DNA of 40,608 nucleotides from a phage. Each line of letters starts with the position of its first letter. The stretch's first letter is position 1. Below the pieces are notes generated by a model that was not told the origin of the DNA, searched no databases, and saw only the letters and a program-made list of their open reading frames with translations. Made by a program: the position numbers and the translations under genes. This document shows positions 30,674 through 40,295 of this stretch, piece by piece. Where the stretch lies: the sequence record OZ370878.1. One strand, 5' to 3'.

Positions 30674-31372
30674 TTAGAAGTCTCCGTCTTCGTCTGCTTC
30701 CTCGGACTCTTCGTCGTCTTCGTCCCAGCTTTCTTCGTCGCGTGGTTTGCTCGCTTTGGCAGAACCAGAGGCAACATAGCCGTTCTCTTCAACTTCGTCA
30801 GCCCAATCGTCTTCACCGCCACCAAAGGTAGCCAGTTCGACCAGCATCACGGATTCCAGTTGCAGCTTAACGCTCGCACCTACAGCAGTGTTCCACTTGT
30901 ATGGAACCAGAGAATATTTAACTTTCAGCTTAGAGCCACCACCGATAATCGGAACGTCTTCCATCTTCTTACCTTTTGAGTCAACCACAACCAGATTGAT
31001 GTGCTTGGTCTCTTTGGTCTTCTTGTCTTGGAAAGACGCGTAGCATTTGAACTTAAAGGTAGTCGTACCGTCACCGTTATCGAAGAACGGCATGTCACCC
31101 TCATACGGTTTCAGCGGTTTCTTACCACGAGCTACAGCAGGTGGATTAGCTTCGTATTCCTCAACGGCAGCAGCATAAGCCTCTTCGTGACACTTCACGA
31201 TTTCATCGACCATACGCTGGCAGCGCGGGTCTTTGTTGGGAATAGTCAGGTCAACTTTATAGACACCACGAGGGTTCCCAAAGCCACGCTCTTCGTTGCC
31301 GTAGTCCGGCTTGGCGATGTAAGCGTAAGGTTCAGCGGTACCCAGCGCAGAGGTGAAAATCTTCTTAGCCAT
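30674..31372 (-). CDS. 2.5: T7 gp2.5 ssDNA-binding protein
   Basis: 232-aa ORF with acidic C-terminal tail ending DGDF. Confidence 0.96.
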   Translation of the reverse strand: MAKKIFTSALGTAEPYAYIAKPDYGNEERGFGNPRGVYKVDLTIPNKDPRCQRMVDEIVKCHEEAYAAAVEEYEANPPAVARGKKPLKPYEGDMPFFDNGDGTTTFKFKCYASFQDKKTKETKHINLVVVDSKGKKMEDVPIIGGGSKLKVKYSLVPYKWNTAVGASVKLQLESVMLVELATFGGGEDDWADEVEENGYVASGSAKASKPRDEESWDEDDEESEEADEDGDF

Positions 31373-31415
31373 AATGTTAATCTCCTTTAGGTTTCGTTTG
31401 GTTTCTCAGAGGGAG

Positions 31416-31437
31416 TCTTCCCTAATAGTGAGTCGTA

Positions 31438-31440
<3 letters not shown>
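31416..31440 (-). promoter_or_regulatory. T7 RNAP promoter phi2.5
   Basis: Reverse complement of TAATACGACTCACTATTAGGGAAGA. Confidence 0.85.
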
Positions 31441-31773
<333 letters not shown>

Positions 31774-31781
<8 letters not shown>

Positions 31782-32364
31782 AACATTTATCCTTATGTTT
31801 CTCAAAGAGTTCTTTATAGAAGTCTGCTTTCGCTAGGTCTTTCTCTAAGTACGCTAACTCTGACTTCTTACCAGCACGTAGTCTGTACTTTAAGATGTTA
31901 CCGAAGCAGTATCCCTTGAACTGCTCAACGGTCATTGAACGAGCAATCACTTCGATAGCCTCAATGTCGTCAAACAGCATGTAGTGGGAAGGCTTAGTGA
32001 CACCTTCGATTGTCTCAGCGGAAGGCTGGTCATCTGTAGGAGTTACCTCAGGTTTATTCAGATGTGGTTTACGTGGGTCCATCGCTCGGATTTCACCTAA
32101 GGTTATCTTTTGATCGTTATTTGCGGGGCAGAGGTGGCAAGGGACATTGGAGCAGAGAATACCGCAGCCATTCAAATCATCTGGGCGACCTTCATTATTG
32201 TCTATCAACTTAATGATCATCTCTTGTTCACGTTCGGTCATATCGTTAGCTCCTTTGTTACAGGTGTGTGGATAACGGTCATCTTTCTCTAAGCAAGCTA
32301 TACACCCAGTTGCTTGTACTGGCGGGTTTTCTTTTTCCCAGGCTTCACCATCTAACAGTCCCAT
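31774..32364 (-). CDS. 1.7: T7 gp1.7 nucleotide kinase
   Basis: 196-aa ORF; matches T7 gp1.7. Confidence 0.93.
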
Positions 32365-32624
32365 CAGAACACCTCCTTGATTCGTTTGAGTAACAGACGG
32401 ACGAACGGGAAGCGGGTCACTGCCACACTAAGAACCGGACGTTTCTTGTCTATTGCTTTCTCAAAGTCACCACGGGTGATAATGATGTGGACGCTCGGTG
32501 CCAAAGGAACTGTGTTACCAATAAGAGGTATCTTAGCTCGGCGCTCGCTCGCACATACGATTGAACGGTCAGCACGGCGAACCGTGAAATTCTTAACGCT
32601 TTTGTTGTAATGAAGTCGAAACAT
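32364..32624 (-). CDS. 1.6: T7 gp1.6
   Basis: 86-aa ORF; matches T7 gp1.6. Confidence 0.9.
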
Positions 32625-32629
32625 ATAGT

Positions 32630-32652
32630 GTCTCCTTTAGTGAGTCGTATTA
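32630..32652 (-). promoter_or_regulatory. T7 RNAP promoter phi1.6
   Basis: Reverse complement of TAATACGACTCACTAAAGGAGAC. Confidence 0.85.
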
Positions 32653-32739
32653 AGCGTGACCATCTGGCATATCATCATCGCTACAGTGGAGCGCAAGGCA
32701 TCCTACAATGACGATGAGTAATGGCATTAAGTACATCAT
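32650..32739 (-). CDS. 1.5: T7 gp1.5
   Basis: 29-aa ORF MMYLMPLLIVIVGCLALHCSDDDMPDGHA read by hand. Confidence 0.7.
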   Translation of the reverse strand: MMYLMPLLIVIVGCLALHCSDDDMPDGHA

Positions 32740-32746
32740 GGTGTGT

Positions 32747-32769
32747 ACCTCCTTTAGTGAGTCGTATTA
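32747..32769 (-). promoter_or_regulatory. T7 RNAP promoter phi1.5
   Basis: Reverse complement of TAATACGACTCACTAAAGGAGGT. Confidence 0.85.
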
Positions 32770-32922
32770 CCAGTTAACTATACTCCACACGCAAGCACAC
32801 ACTGCCGCTAAGTAACAAGCGCCAACTACTACTAGTGCTACTTGAGGGTATACCGCAAGAATATACGCAAGCGTCAGGATAGCTGCCAAAGCCGCAAGGA
32901 ATTTACCAACCTTCTTAAACAT
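32767..32922 (-). CDS. 1.4: T7 gp1.4
   Basis: 51 aa from MFKKVGKFLAAL...; start trimmed. Confidence 0.8.
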   Translation of the reverse strand: MFKKVGKFLAALAAILTLAYILAVYPQVALVVVGACYLAAVCACVWSIVNW

Positions 32923-32934
32923 AAAGTGTCTCCT

Positions 32935-32968
32935 TATAAACGCAGAAAGGCCCACCCGAAGGTGAGCC
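32935..32968 (-). terminator. TE, host-RNAP early terminator
   Basis: GGCTCACCTTCGGGTGGGCC hairpin followed by TTTCTGCGTTTAT. Confidence 0.85.
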
Positions 32969-32975
32969 AGTGTGA

Positions 32976-34055
32976 TTACATTTTCTCTTGAGGGTTGTCC
33001 TCGGTGCCACGGAACATTACGAACGATGGGTGCCGCAAAGAGCCATCAGGTGTTTCCTCCATGTAGCTAATTTGACACGCCCAGCCATCGTAAGGGTTAA
33101 TAGTACAAGCATCGTTGTCGCCAATACCGTATGGGCTAAAGAATCCCCATTGACTTAGGGTGGCCTCTTTTACTGTCTCAGTGAACTCATCCATTAAGGC
33201 GCGAGAGATATTCGTGGCGTTAACTAAACGACCACTCTCAAGAAGCACCTCAAAACCAATCACTTTACCTTCATTAGCCAGACCTTTTGTACCCCATACC
33301 AGACCCTGAATGATACCGTCAGCTTCGTTCTCAGGTTTCATTTTCCACCAGCCAGATTTCTTACCGCGCTTATAGATACACATCGGGTCTTTCACAATGA
33401 GACCCTCATGGCCTTCTGCTCGCTTCTGCTCGTACAGTTGCTGTAGTTCTACCATATCGTAGACCTCGTAAGATTCAGCCGCTTGCCATTCGATTTCAGG
33501 GAAGTATTCCTGTAGCAGAGGCAGCATGTTCTTAACGTGTTCCTGCATGAGCAACGTCATGACATCACAGTCTTCTCCAGACTCCACGATGTGCAGCGGG
33601 AGGATAGCGTACAGTTTTATGTGAAGGTGTCCAGTGTGCAGCTTAAAGGGAACTTTATCTTTCTTACGGATTGGTTCAACGAATAACTCTTCATGGAACT
33701 CTTGGTTCTTCGTGTCAGTCCATTTGGTACGCAGTAGGCCGGACCCTGTGTTAAAGTCTACGCCCTTGACCATGAGTTCCCCATCAAGCATAAAGCCATC
33801 TTTGTAGAAGCAACGGTCATCGTTCAGTAGACGCTTCCAGCGAACATCAAACCCGTTTAAGTGCTCCAGTGCCGGAATCGTTTTAGATACACGAGAGAGC
33901 CAGTAACTGTTAGCAGTATTGTCTACGCAGATGTTCCCGCGTACACCATCGTACTTGATTTCAGCGATAAGATACCCAGCGTTATCCAGAGCCTTCTTAA
34001 TGGCAGACTCTACGAAAGACACGGCTTTAAACGGGTTAGTCTTAATGTTCATCAT
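32976..34055 (-). CDS. 1.3: T7 gp1.3 ATP-dependent DNA ligase
   Basis: 359-aa ORF with adenylation motif KYDGVRG. Confidence 0.96.
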   Translation of the reverse strand: MMNIKTNPFKAVSFVESAIKKALDNAGYLIAEIKYDGVRGNICVDNTANSYWLSRVSKTIPALEHLNGFDVRWKRLLNDDRCFYKDGFMLDGELMVKGVDFNTGSGLLRTKWTDTKNQEFHEELFVEPIRKKDKVPFKLHTGHLHIKLYAILPLHIVESGEDCDVMTLLMQEHVKNMLPLLQEYFPEIEWQAAESYEVYDMVELQQLYEQKRAEGHEGLIVKDPMCIYKRGKKSGWWKMKPENEADGIIQGLVWGTKGLANEGKVIGFEVLLESGRLVNATNISRALMDEFTETVKEATLSQWGFFSPYGIGDNDACTINPYDGWACQISYMEETPDGSLRHPSFVMFRGTEDNPQEKM

Positions 34056-34077
34056 AATGTTTATCTCCTATTGGTTA

Positions 34078-34115
34078 AATGACTAAGGCCACTCCTAGAG
34101 AGCGACCTTAAGCAT
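34078..34115 (-). promoter_or_regulatory. RNase III site R1.3
   Basis: CTTAAGGTCGCTCTCTAGGAGTGGCCTTAGTC hairpin motif. Confidence 0.5.
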
Positions 34116-34138
34116 TGTCCCTATACTGAGTCGTATTA
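34116..34138 (-). promoter_or_regulatory. T7 RNAP promoter phi1.3
   Basis: Reverse complement of TAATACGACTCAGTATAGGGACA. Confidence 0.85.
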
Positions 34139-34393
34139 CTTCCAGTCCTTCAACTGGTCATACATATGGTTCAACCAATCAGTACACATATTGAACAGAA
34201 CGTCCTCGTCGTGGTGGTAGAAGGTGCTAGTATCAATCAGGTTTCCACTCCTGTCCTCAATACGTAACCGTATGCAATCTTTTCTTGTATAGGCATCATA
34301 CCAGTCATCATAAATGACCGCTAAGTCTAACTGGAACAGCTTGTTTGTTGCTGCCTTGAATGCTGCCAGATTACCACTATATAAACGTCCCAT
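34136..34393 (-). CDS. 1.2: T7 gp1.2 inhibitor of host dGTPase
   Basis: 85 aa from MGRLYSGNLAAF...; start trimmed. Confidence 0.9.
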   Translation of the reverse strand: MGRLYSGNLAAFKAATNKLFQLDLAVIYDDWYDAYTRKDCIRLRIEDRSGNLIDTSTFYHHDEDVLFNMCTDWLNHMYDQLKDWK

Positions 34394-34394
34394 C

Positions 34395-34523
34395 TTACTG
34401 ACCCTCCCAGCTACGCTTGTGAGAGCGGTCACGCTTAGTCTTATTCAACTTGCGACCTTTGGTTGCCTCGAAGTCACGAGCATTACGGTTAGAACGTTTG
34501 GTCATCTTTTCGAAGTTACGCAT
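34395..34523 (-). CDS. 1.1: T7 gp1.1
   Basis: 42-aa basic ORF MRNFEKMTKRSNRNARDF... read by hand. Confidence 0.8.
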   Translation of the reverse strand: MRNFEKMTKRSNRNARDFEATKGRKLNKTKRDRSHKRSWEGQ

Positions 34524-34526
34524 ACT

Positions 34527-34600
34527 TAAAGTCCTCTCTTAGTAATTCTTTAATTTAAATCTCTAATTAACACTTAAGGGTCTTAAAGTTAAACCTTAAG
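34527..34600 (-). other. AT-rich primary replication origin region between phi1.1 and gene 1.1
   Basis: AT-rich tract TTAAGGTTTAACTTTAAGACCCTTAAGTGTTAATTAGAGATTTAAATTAAAG downstream of the phi1.1 promoter. Confidence 0.5.
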
Positions 34601-34627
34601 GTTCTCCTATAGTGAGTCGTATTGATT
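34601..34627 (-). promoter_or_regulatory. Single hybrid T7 RNAP promoter phi1.1A/phi1.1B
   Basis: CGCCAAATCAATACGACTCACTATAGGAGAACCTTAAGG: phi1.1A upstream flank joined to phi1.1B downstream flank. Confidence 0.8.
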
Positions 34628-34632
34628 TGGCG

Positions 34633-37284
34633 TTACGCGAACGCGAAGTCCGACTCTAAGATGTCACGGAGGTTCAAGTTACCTTTAGCCGGAAGTGCTG
34701 GCATTTTGTCCAATTGAGACTCGTGCAACTGGTCAGCGAACTGGTCGTAGAAATCAGCCAGTACATCACAAGACTCATATGTGTCAACCATAGTTTCGCG
34801 CACTGCTTTGAACAGGTTCGCAGCGTCAGCCGGAATGGTACCGAAGGAGTCGTGAATCAGTGCAAAAGATTCGATTCCGTACTTCTCGTGTGCCCACACT
34901 ACAGTCTTACGAAGGTGGCTACCGTCTTGGCTGTGTACAAAGTTAGGAGCGATACCAGACTCCTGTTTGTGTGCATCAATCTCGCTATCTTTGTTGGTGT
35001 TAATGGTAGGCTGTAAGCGGAACTGACCGAGGAACATCAGGTTCAAGCGCGTCTGAATAGGCTTCTTGTATTCCTGCCACACAGGGAAACCATCAGGAGT
35101 TACCCAATGCACAGCGCAACGCTTGCGAAGAATCTCTCCAGTCTTCTTATCTTTGACCTCAGCAGCCAGCAGCTTAGCAGCAGACTTAAGCCAGTTCATT
35201 GCTTCAACCGCAGCTACCACCGTCACGCTCACAGATTCCCAAATCAGCTTAGCCATGTATCCAGCAGCCTGATTCGGCTGAGTGAACATCAGACCCTTGC
35301 CGGAATCAATAGCTGGCTGAATGGTATCTTCCAGCACTTGTTGACGGAAGCCGAACTCTTTGGACCCGTAAGCCAGCGTCATGACTGAACGCTTAGTCAC
35401 ACTGCGAGTAACACCGTAAGCCAGCCATTGACCAGCCAGTGCCTTAGTGCCCAGCTTGACTTTCTCAGAGATTTCACCAGTGTTCTCATCGGTCACGGTA
35501 ACTACTTCGTTATCGGTCCCATTGATTGCGTCTGCTTGTAGAATCTCGTTGACTTTCTTAGCAACAATCCCGTAGATGTCCTGAACGGTTTCACTAGGAA
35601 GCAAGTTAACCGCGCGACCACCTACCTCATCTCGGAGCATCGCGGAGAAGTGCTGGATGCCAGAGCAAGACCCGTCAAACGCCAGCGGAAGGGAGCAGTT
35701 ATAGCTCAGGCCGTGGTGCTGTACCCCAGCGTACTCAAAGCAGAACGCAAGGAAGCAGAACGGAGAATCTTGCTCAGCCCACCAAGTGTTCTCCAGTGGA
35801 GACTTAGCGCAAGCCATGATGTTCTCGTGGTTTTCCTCAATGAACTTGATGCGCTCAGGGAACGGAACCTTATCGACACCCGCACAGTTTGCACCGTGGA
35901 TTTTCAGCCAGTAGTAACCTTCCTTACCGATTGGTTTACCTTTCGCCAGCGTAAGCAGTCCTTTGGTCATATCGTTACCTTGCGGGTTGAACACTGACAC
36001 AGCGTAAACACGACCGCGCCAGTCCATGTTGTAAGGGAACCAGATGGCCTTATGGTTAGCAAACTTATTGGCTTGCTCAAGCATGAACTCAAGGCTGATA
36101 CGGCGAGACTTGCGAGCCTTGTCCTTGCGGTACACAGCAGCGGCAGCACGTTTCCACGCGGTGAGAGCCTCAGGATTCATGTCGATGTCTTCCGGTTTCA
36201 TCGGGAGTTCTTCACGCTCAATCGCAGGGATGTCCTCGACCGGACAATGCTTCCACTTGGTGATTACGTTGGCGACCGCTAGGACTTTCTTGTTGATTTT
36301 CCATGCGGTGTTTTGCGCAATGTTAATCGCTTTGTACACCTCAGGCATGTAAACGTCTTCGTAGCGCATCAGTGCTTTCTTACTGTGAGTACGCACCAGC
36401 GCCAGAGGACGACGACCGTTAGCCCAATAGCCACCACCAGTAATGCCAGTCCACGGCTTAGGAGGAACTACGCAAGGTTGGAACATCGGAGAGATGCCAG
36501 CCAGCGCACCTGCACGGGTTGCGATAGCCTCAGCGTATTCAGGTGCGAGTTCGATAGTCTCAGAGTCTTGACCTACTACGCCAGCATTTTGGCGGTGTAA
36601 GCTAACCATTCCGGTTGACTCAATGAGCATCTCGATGCAGCGTACTCCTACATGAATAGAGTCTTCCTTATGCCACGAAGACCACGCCTCGCCACCGAGT
36701 AGACCCTTAGAGAGCATGTCAGCCTCGACAACTTGCATAAATGCTTTCTTGTAGACGTGCCCTACGCGCTTGTTGAGTTGTTCCTCAACGTTTTTCTTGA
36801 AGTGCTTAGCTTCAAGGTCACGGATACGACCGAAGCGAGCCTCGTCCTCAATGGCCCGACCGATTGCGCTTGCTACAGCCTGAACGGTTGTATTGTCAGC
36901 ACTGGTTAGGCAAGCCAGAGTGGTCTTAATGGTGATGTACGCTACGGCTTCCGGCTTGATTTCTTGCAGGAACTGGAAGGCTGTCGGGCGCTTGCCGCGC
37001 TTAGCTTTCACTTCCTCAAACCAGTCGTTGATGCGTGCAATCATCTTAGGGAGTAGGGTAGTGATGAGAGGCTTGGCGGCAGCGTTATCCGCAACCTCAC
37101 CAGCTTTAAGTTGACGCTCAAACATCTTGCGGAAGCGTGCTTCACCCATCTCGTAAGACTCATGCTCAAGGGCCAACTGTTCGCGAGCTAAACGCTCACC
37201 GTAATGGTCAGCCAGAGTGTTGAACGGGATAGCAGCCAGTTCGATGTCAGAGAAGTCGTTCTTAGCGATGTTAATCGTGTTCAT
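34633..37284 (-). CDS. 1: T7 RNA polymerase gp1
   Basis: 883-aa ORF MNTINIAKNDFSDIELAAIPF...ESDFAFA. Confidence 0.98.
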   Translation of the reverse strand: MNTINIAKNDFSDIELAAIPFNTLADHYGERLAREQLALEHESYEMGEARFRKMFERQLKAGEVADNAAAKPLITTLLPKMIARINDWFEEVKAKRGKRPTAFQFLQEIKPEAVAYITIKTTLACLTSADNTTVQAVASAIGRAIEDEARFGRIRDLEAKHFKKNVEEQLNKRVGHVYKKAFMQVVEADMLSKGLLGGEAWSSWHKEDSIHVGVRCIEMLIESTGMVSLHRQNAGVVGQDSETIELAPEYAEAIATRAGALAGISPMFQPCVVPPKPWTGITGGGYWANGRRPLALVRTHSKKALMRYEDVYMPEVYKAINIAQNTAWKINKKVLAVANVITKWKHCPVEDIPAIEREELPMKPEDIDMNPEALTAWKRAAAAVYRKDKARKSRRISLEFMLEQANKFANHKAIWFPYNMDWRGRVYAVSVFNPQGNDMTKGLLTLAKGKPIGKEGYYWLKIHGANCAGVDKVPFPERIKFIEENHENIMACAKSPLENTWWAEQDSPFCFLAFCFEYAGVQHHGLSYNCSLPLAFDGSCSGIQHFSAMLRDEVGGRAVNLLPSETVQDIYGIVAKKVNEILQADAINGTDNEVVTVTDENTGEISEKVKLGTKALAGQWLAYGVTRSVTKRSVMTLAYGSKEFGFRQQVLEDTIQPAIDSGKGLMFTQPNQAAGYMAKLIWESVSVTVVAAVEAMNWLKSAAKLLAAEVKDKKTGEILRKRCAVHWVTPDGFPVWQEYKKPIQTRLNLMFLGQFRLQPTINTNKDSEIDAHKQESGIAPNFVHSQDGSHLRKTVVWAHEKYGIESFALIHDSFGTIPADAANLFKAVRETMVDTYESCDVLADFYDQFADQLHESQLDKMPALPAKGNLNLRDILESDFAFA

Positions 37285-37299
37285 TTAGTGCCTCTTCCA

Positions 37300-37352
37300 G
37301 TTAGTAAATCGTACCTATTCAGGCCACCCGCAGATGACCTGTAAGATAAGAC
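37300..37352 (-). promoter_or_regulatory. RNase III site R1 upstream of gene 1
   Basis: GTCATCTGCGGGTGGCCTGAATAGGTACGATTTACTAAC hairpin region. Confidence 0.5.
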
Positions 37353-37354
37353 TA

Positions 37355-38434
37355 TCAGCCCATTAACATTGCGTCAAGTTGCTTATCAATGTTGAGCGTA
37401 AGACCATTAGCGATAGCCATCCGGTCAGCATTACGCCAGTGCAGCGCGATTCGTTCCTCAAGCGCCTTAAAGTCCCCAGAGAACATGTTGACCCAGAGCA
37501 TAGCGTTATTGGTTCTTCCTAGTACATCTACAGCTACCTCATGGTTACGCCATTCTTGACGTTCAGCCCATCGCCACGCAGCAAGCATTCTTTCGCGCTT
37601 AGCTTTGTGTGCTTTACGTGCCTTGCGGTTGCGACGTTTGAATCTGCGTGCCTCTAAGCGCCCCTCGTGACGTTCTTTACGGGCCTTAGCGCGGTCAATT
37701 TCTTTCTGTCGTGCGACTTCCTCGACTTCCTTGATGAGTTCCTCAGGGTCGATGCTGAATGCGCCACCGTCTTTCTTCTGCGAGAATGATACCGGGTCGG
37801 TGATGTATGGTACGTCTCCATTTGAGAACATGATGTTCCCGCTATGCATGTCGAATGAGGCGATGCCCTCAAAGAACTTGCGGATTAGTTTACAAGTTTC
37901 AACAAACTCACCATCCCATCCAGTTAACTCATCATGCTCATCCGAATTGCAATCAATGATGTCGCTTGCAATCTCAGCGTATTTATAATGGGCATCATTG
38001 TTGAAACGCTCGCAATCCTTAAGTGCGTCAAGTACCACCGTATAGCATCCAGCGTGGCGCTGTACATCGTAGACGTTAGGGATACCAGGACGACCCTGAT
38101 ACATGCGGCAGAATGCGGTATAGGCTGCGCCTGAATCCTCTTTCTTAAAGCCCACCTTAATCACTCTGTTAGGTAGCAGCGGGTGACTATAAGCAGCCGA
38201 GAAGTGACCATTACCGAGCATCTTGAACCCTGCGTCAGCCGTGAGACACTTCAAGGTAGTCCACCAATCTTGATGCTCAAGTGCCTGATTTAGTTCGGTT
38301 AGCTCGCCATCACACGTCTCGCTGTTGACCATCTCGACCAGTAAGTCGATAAGCATACCTTGACGCTTGTCAAGTTCACAGATTGGCAGTGCTTTGATTG
38401 CGTCGATAGCGTTCATGATGTCGGTAATGTTCAT
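37355..38434 (-). CDS. 0.7: T7 gp0.7 protein kinase / host transcription shutoff
   Basis: 359-aa ORF; matches T7 gp0.7. Confidence 0.95.
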   Translation of the reverse strand: MNITDIMNAIDAIKALPICELDKRQGMLIDLLVEMVNSETCDGELTELNQALEHQDWWTTLKCLTADAGFKMLGNGHFSAAYSHPLLPNRVIKVGFKKEDSGAAYTAFCRMYQGRPGIPNVYDVQRHAGCYTVVLDALKDCERFNNDAHYKYAEIASDIIDCNSDEHDELTGWDGEFVETCKLIRKFFEGIASFDMHSGNIMFSNGDVPYITDPVSFSQKKDGGAFSIDPEELIKEVEEVARQKEIDRAKARKERHEGRLEARRFKRRNRKARKAHKAKRERMLAAWRWAERQEWRNHEVAVDVLGRTNNAMLWVNMFSGDFKALEERIALHWRNADRMAIANGLTLNIDKQLDAMLMG

Positions 38435-38658
38435 TGCATTGTGTCCTTTATGTTCGTTATGAGATAGCGTTCAGTGTGTTGGCTAGTGCCTGTTCAAGTG
38501 CGGCGAGTTTCTTGGCTTTAACCTTTTCCTTTCGTCTATGCCACGCCGCCCTCTCTTGTTCCTTGCGGCGTTCGAGGTTGTTCTCTCGCCAAGTTCTCAC
38601 TATTCGCCGATTTGCAGCGTATAGTGTGCCATTGGGCATATAACCTTTCTTTAAGCCA

Positions 38659-38820
38659 TCAGTGCGTTCTGTCATAGCCGGAACCTATCTTGTTAATCTT
38701 GCGGTTAATGCGGAGTTCACGCTTAAGGCGTTCGATTCGTTGTTTCATTGCGAACCCATCAGGTGTACATACGGTTGCCCCGTTGGACGTGTGGATTGGC
38801 ATAACGTAGTGCTTCATCAT
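38659..38820 (-). CDS. 0.6A: T7 gp0.6A
   Basis: 53 aa from MMKHYVMPIHTSNG...; start trimmed. Confidence 0.8.
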   Translation of the reverse strand: MMKHYVMPIHTSNGATVCTPDGFAMKQRIERLKRELRINRKINKIGSGYDRTH

Positions 38821-38960
38821 TTGCGTAGTGCCCCTTTGATGATTCCTATGATGATGCAAGCGGTAAAGTAGGAACCTACAGCTACACCTAAAGCCTTCCC
38901 AAAGGATGCACCTACAGCTAGACCTAGAGCGGTGAGTAGACCGATAGTAAGCATATACAT
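38817..38960 (-). CDS. 0.5: T7 gp0.5
   Basis: 47 aa from MYMLTIGLLTALGL...; start trimmed. Confidence 0.8.
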   Translation of the reverse strand: MYMLTIGLLTALGLAVGASFGKALGVAVGSYFTACIIIGIIKGALRK

Positions 38961-38971
38961 TACTCCCTCAT

Positions 38972-39022
38972 AAGTAAAGTGATAATCATAAAGGCCACTC
39001 GCTAGGAGCGACCTTGAGTCTA
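38972..39022 (-). promoter_or_regulatory. RNase III site R0.5
   Basis: CTCAAGGTCGCTCCTAGCGAGTGGCCTTTATGATTATCAC. Confidence 0.5.
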
Positions 39023-39178
39023 TCACTCAGCAGATTCTAAAGCTATTGCCTTGTTGTTTTCGTACAGTTCTTTGAGCTGTGCCATTGCGAGTGACCAGTT
39101 AAAGCCACAGCGCACCATGTCGCTATAGAAAAGTACAGTTTGAGCGGTCAGACCGTATTGCACGTTGGTAGTAGACAT
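39023..39178 (-). CDS. 0.4: T7 gp0.4
   Basis: 51-aa [21 protein letters not shown]... read by hand; ATG overlaps gene 0.3 stop. Confidence 0.8.
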   Translation of the reverse strand: MSTTNVQYGLTAQTVLFYSDMVRCGFNWSLAMAQLKELYENNKAIALESAE

Positions 39179-39531
39179 TACTCTTCATCCTCCTCGTACT
39201 CCTCGACTTCCTCCAAGTATTCATTGAGCAAGTCTTCTGCGTCTTCCCAGAGGTCAATCGTTAATTGCTCATAGATACGCGCTTGCAGGATGCGGATTAC
39301 GTCCTTGGTGTCAGGCATCAGACCAGAGTCTTCGAACTCAAGGTCAATGCCCTCACTTACCATTACGCTAAAGATGTCAGCGTAGTAGTGCGGAACTGCA
39401 TTATCGGCAGCCATGTGAATAGCATCGTGCAGGTCATCAGTGTCACGGATGTCATCATAACGGATGTTTTCTTTCAGCATTTCGTAAGCGTGGTCGAAAA
39501 CGTTGTTGTAAGTCATGTTAGACATAGCCAT
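39178..39531 (-). CDS. 0.3: T7 gp0.3 Ocr anti-restriction DNA mimic
   Basis: 117-aa highly acidic ORF ending [11 protein letters not shown]. Confidence 0.96.
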   Translation of the reverse strand: MAMSNMTYNNVFDHAYEMLKENIRYDDIRDTDDLHDAIHMAADNAVPHYYADIFSVMVSEGIDLEFEDSGLMPDTKDVIRILQARIYEQLTIDLWEDAEDLLNEYLEEVEEYEEDEE

Positions 39532-39555
39532 CTTGTGTTACCTCGTGCAGTTATT

Positions 39556-39600
39556 AGTGAATATCATAAAGGGCACCTTGCGATACCCTTGAGTTATCCG
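39556..39600 (-). promoter_or_regulatory. RNase III site R0.3
   Basis: CTCAAGGGTATCGCAAGGTGCCCTTTATGATATTCAC. Confidence 0.5.
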
Positions 39601-39705
39601 CTAGTCATGCACTCAAGAGCTATTTACCAGATTGTTAAAGAGCGTCTTAGGTCAGGTTTCGTTAGACCGCATCACCTTTCAGTGTGGTGACTCACTGTCG
39701 TTTCA

Positions 39706-39742
39706 TGTGGTACATCGTACCGTGTTTACTTCATGTTGTCAA
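39706..39742 (-). promoter_or_regulatory. Host sigma70 early promoter A3
   Basis: TTGACA and TACGAT hexamers on minus strand. Confidence 0.65.
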
Positions 39743-39829
39743 CCGTTTTGTTTCACCTTATGTGCCGTGGTGCGCTTAAGTCACCTAGAAGGCACTGTGC
39801 GCCCGGTTGACGCTGCTAGTGTTACCTAG

Positions 39830-39868
39830 CGATTTGTATCTTACTGCATGTTACTTCATGTTGTCAAT
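39830..39868 (-). promoter_or_regulatory. Host sigma70 early promoter A2
   Basis: TTGACA and TAAGAT hexamers on minus strand. Confidence 0.65.
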
Positions 39869-39957
39869 ACCTGTTTTTCGTGCGACTTATCAGGCTGTCT
39901 ACTTATCCGGTTGACCCCGGTGTCGATTGGGATGGCTATTCGCCGTGTCCCTCTCGA

Positions 39958-39994
39958 TGGCTGTAAGTATCCTATAGGTTAGACTTTAAGTCAA
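39958..39994 (-). promoter_or_regulatory. Host sigma70 early promoter A1
   Basis: TTGACT and GATACT hexamers on minus strand. Confidence 0.7.
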
Positions 39995-40045
39995 TACTCT
40001 TTTTGATAAATTTTAAATTAATCTTTTAAGTCTCTTTAAGTTGTC

Positions 40046-40068
40046 TCTCCTTATAGTGAGTTGTATTA
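40046..40068 (-). promoter_or_regulatory. T7 RNAP promoter phiOL
   Basis: Reverse complement of TAATACAACTCACTATAAGGAGA. Confidence 0.85.
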
Positions 40069-40295
40069 ATAAAGACAATGATTAAAGGTTATCACTTTAT
40101 GGCTAACAACAAGGCGTCTTTAGGTCTGGTCTTTATGTAGTGTCTTTAGGTCTGGTCTTTAGGTCTGGTCTTTATGTTTAAACTTTAAGATAGGCGTTGA
40201 CTTGATGGGTCTTTAGGTGTAGGCTTTAGGTGTTGGCTTTAGGATGGACGTTAGGAGGTGACTTTAGGAGGATACTTTAGGAGACTGTAACAGAT

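Noticed and set aside
38435-38675. 72-aa alternate-frame ORF overlapping the end of gene 0.6A (0.6B region), and an apparent 1-bp difference between genes 0.6A and 0.7 relative to remembered reference coordinates
   Set aside because: It probably corresponds to the 0.6B frameshift extension. The 1-bp discrepancy rests only on recalled gene coordinates and cannot be confirmed without an alignment.
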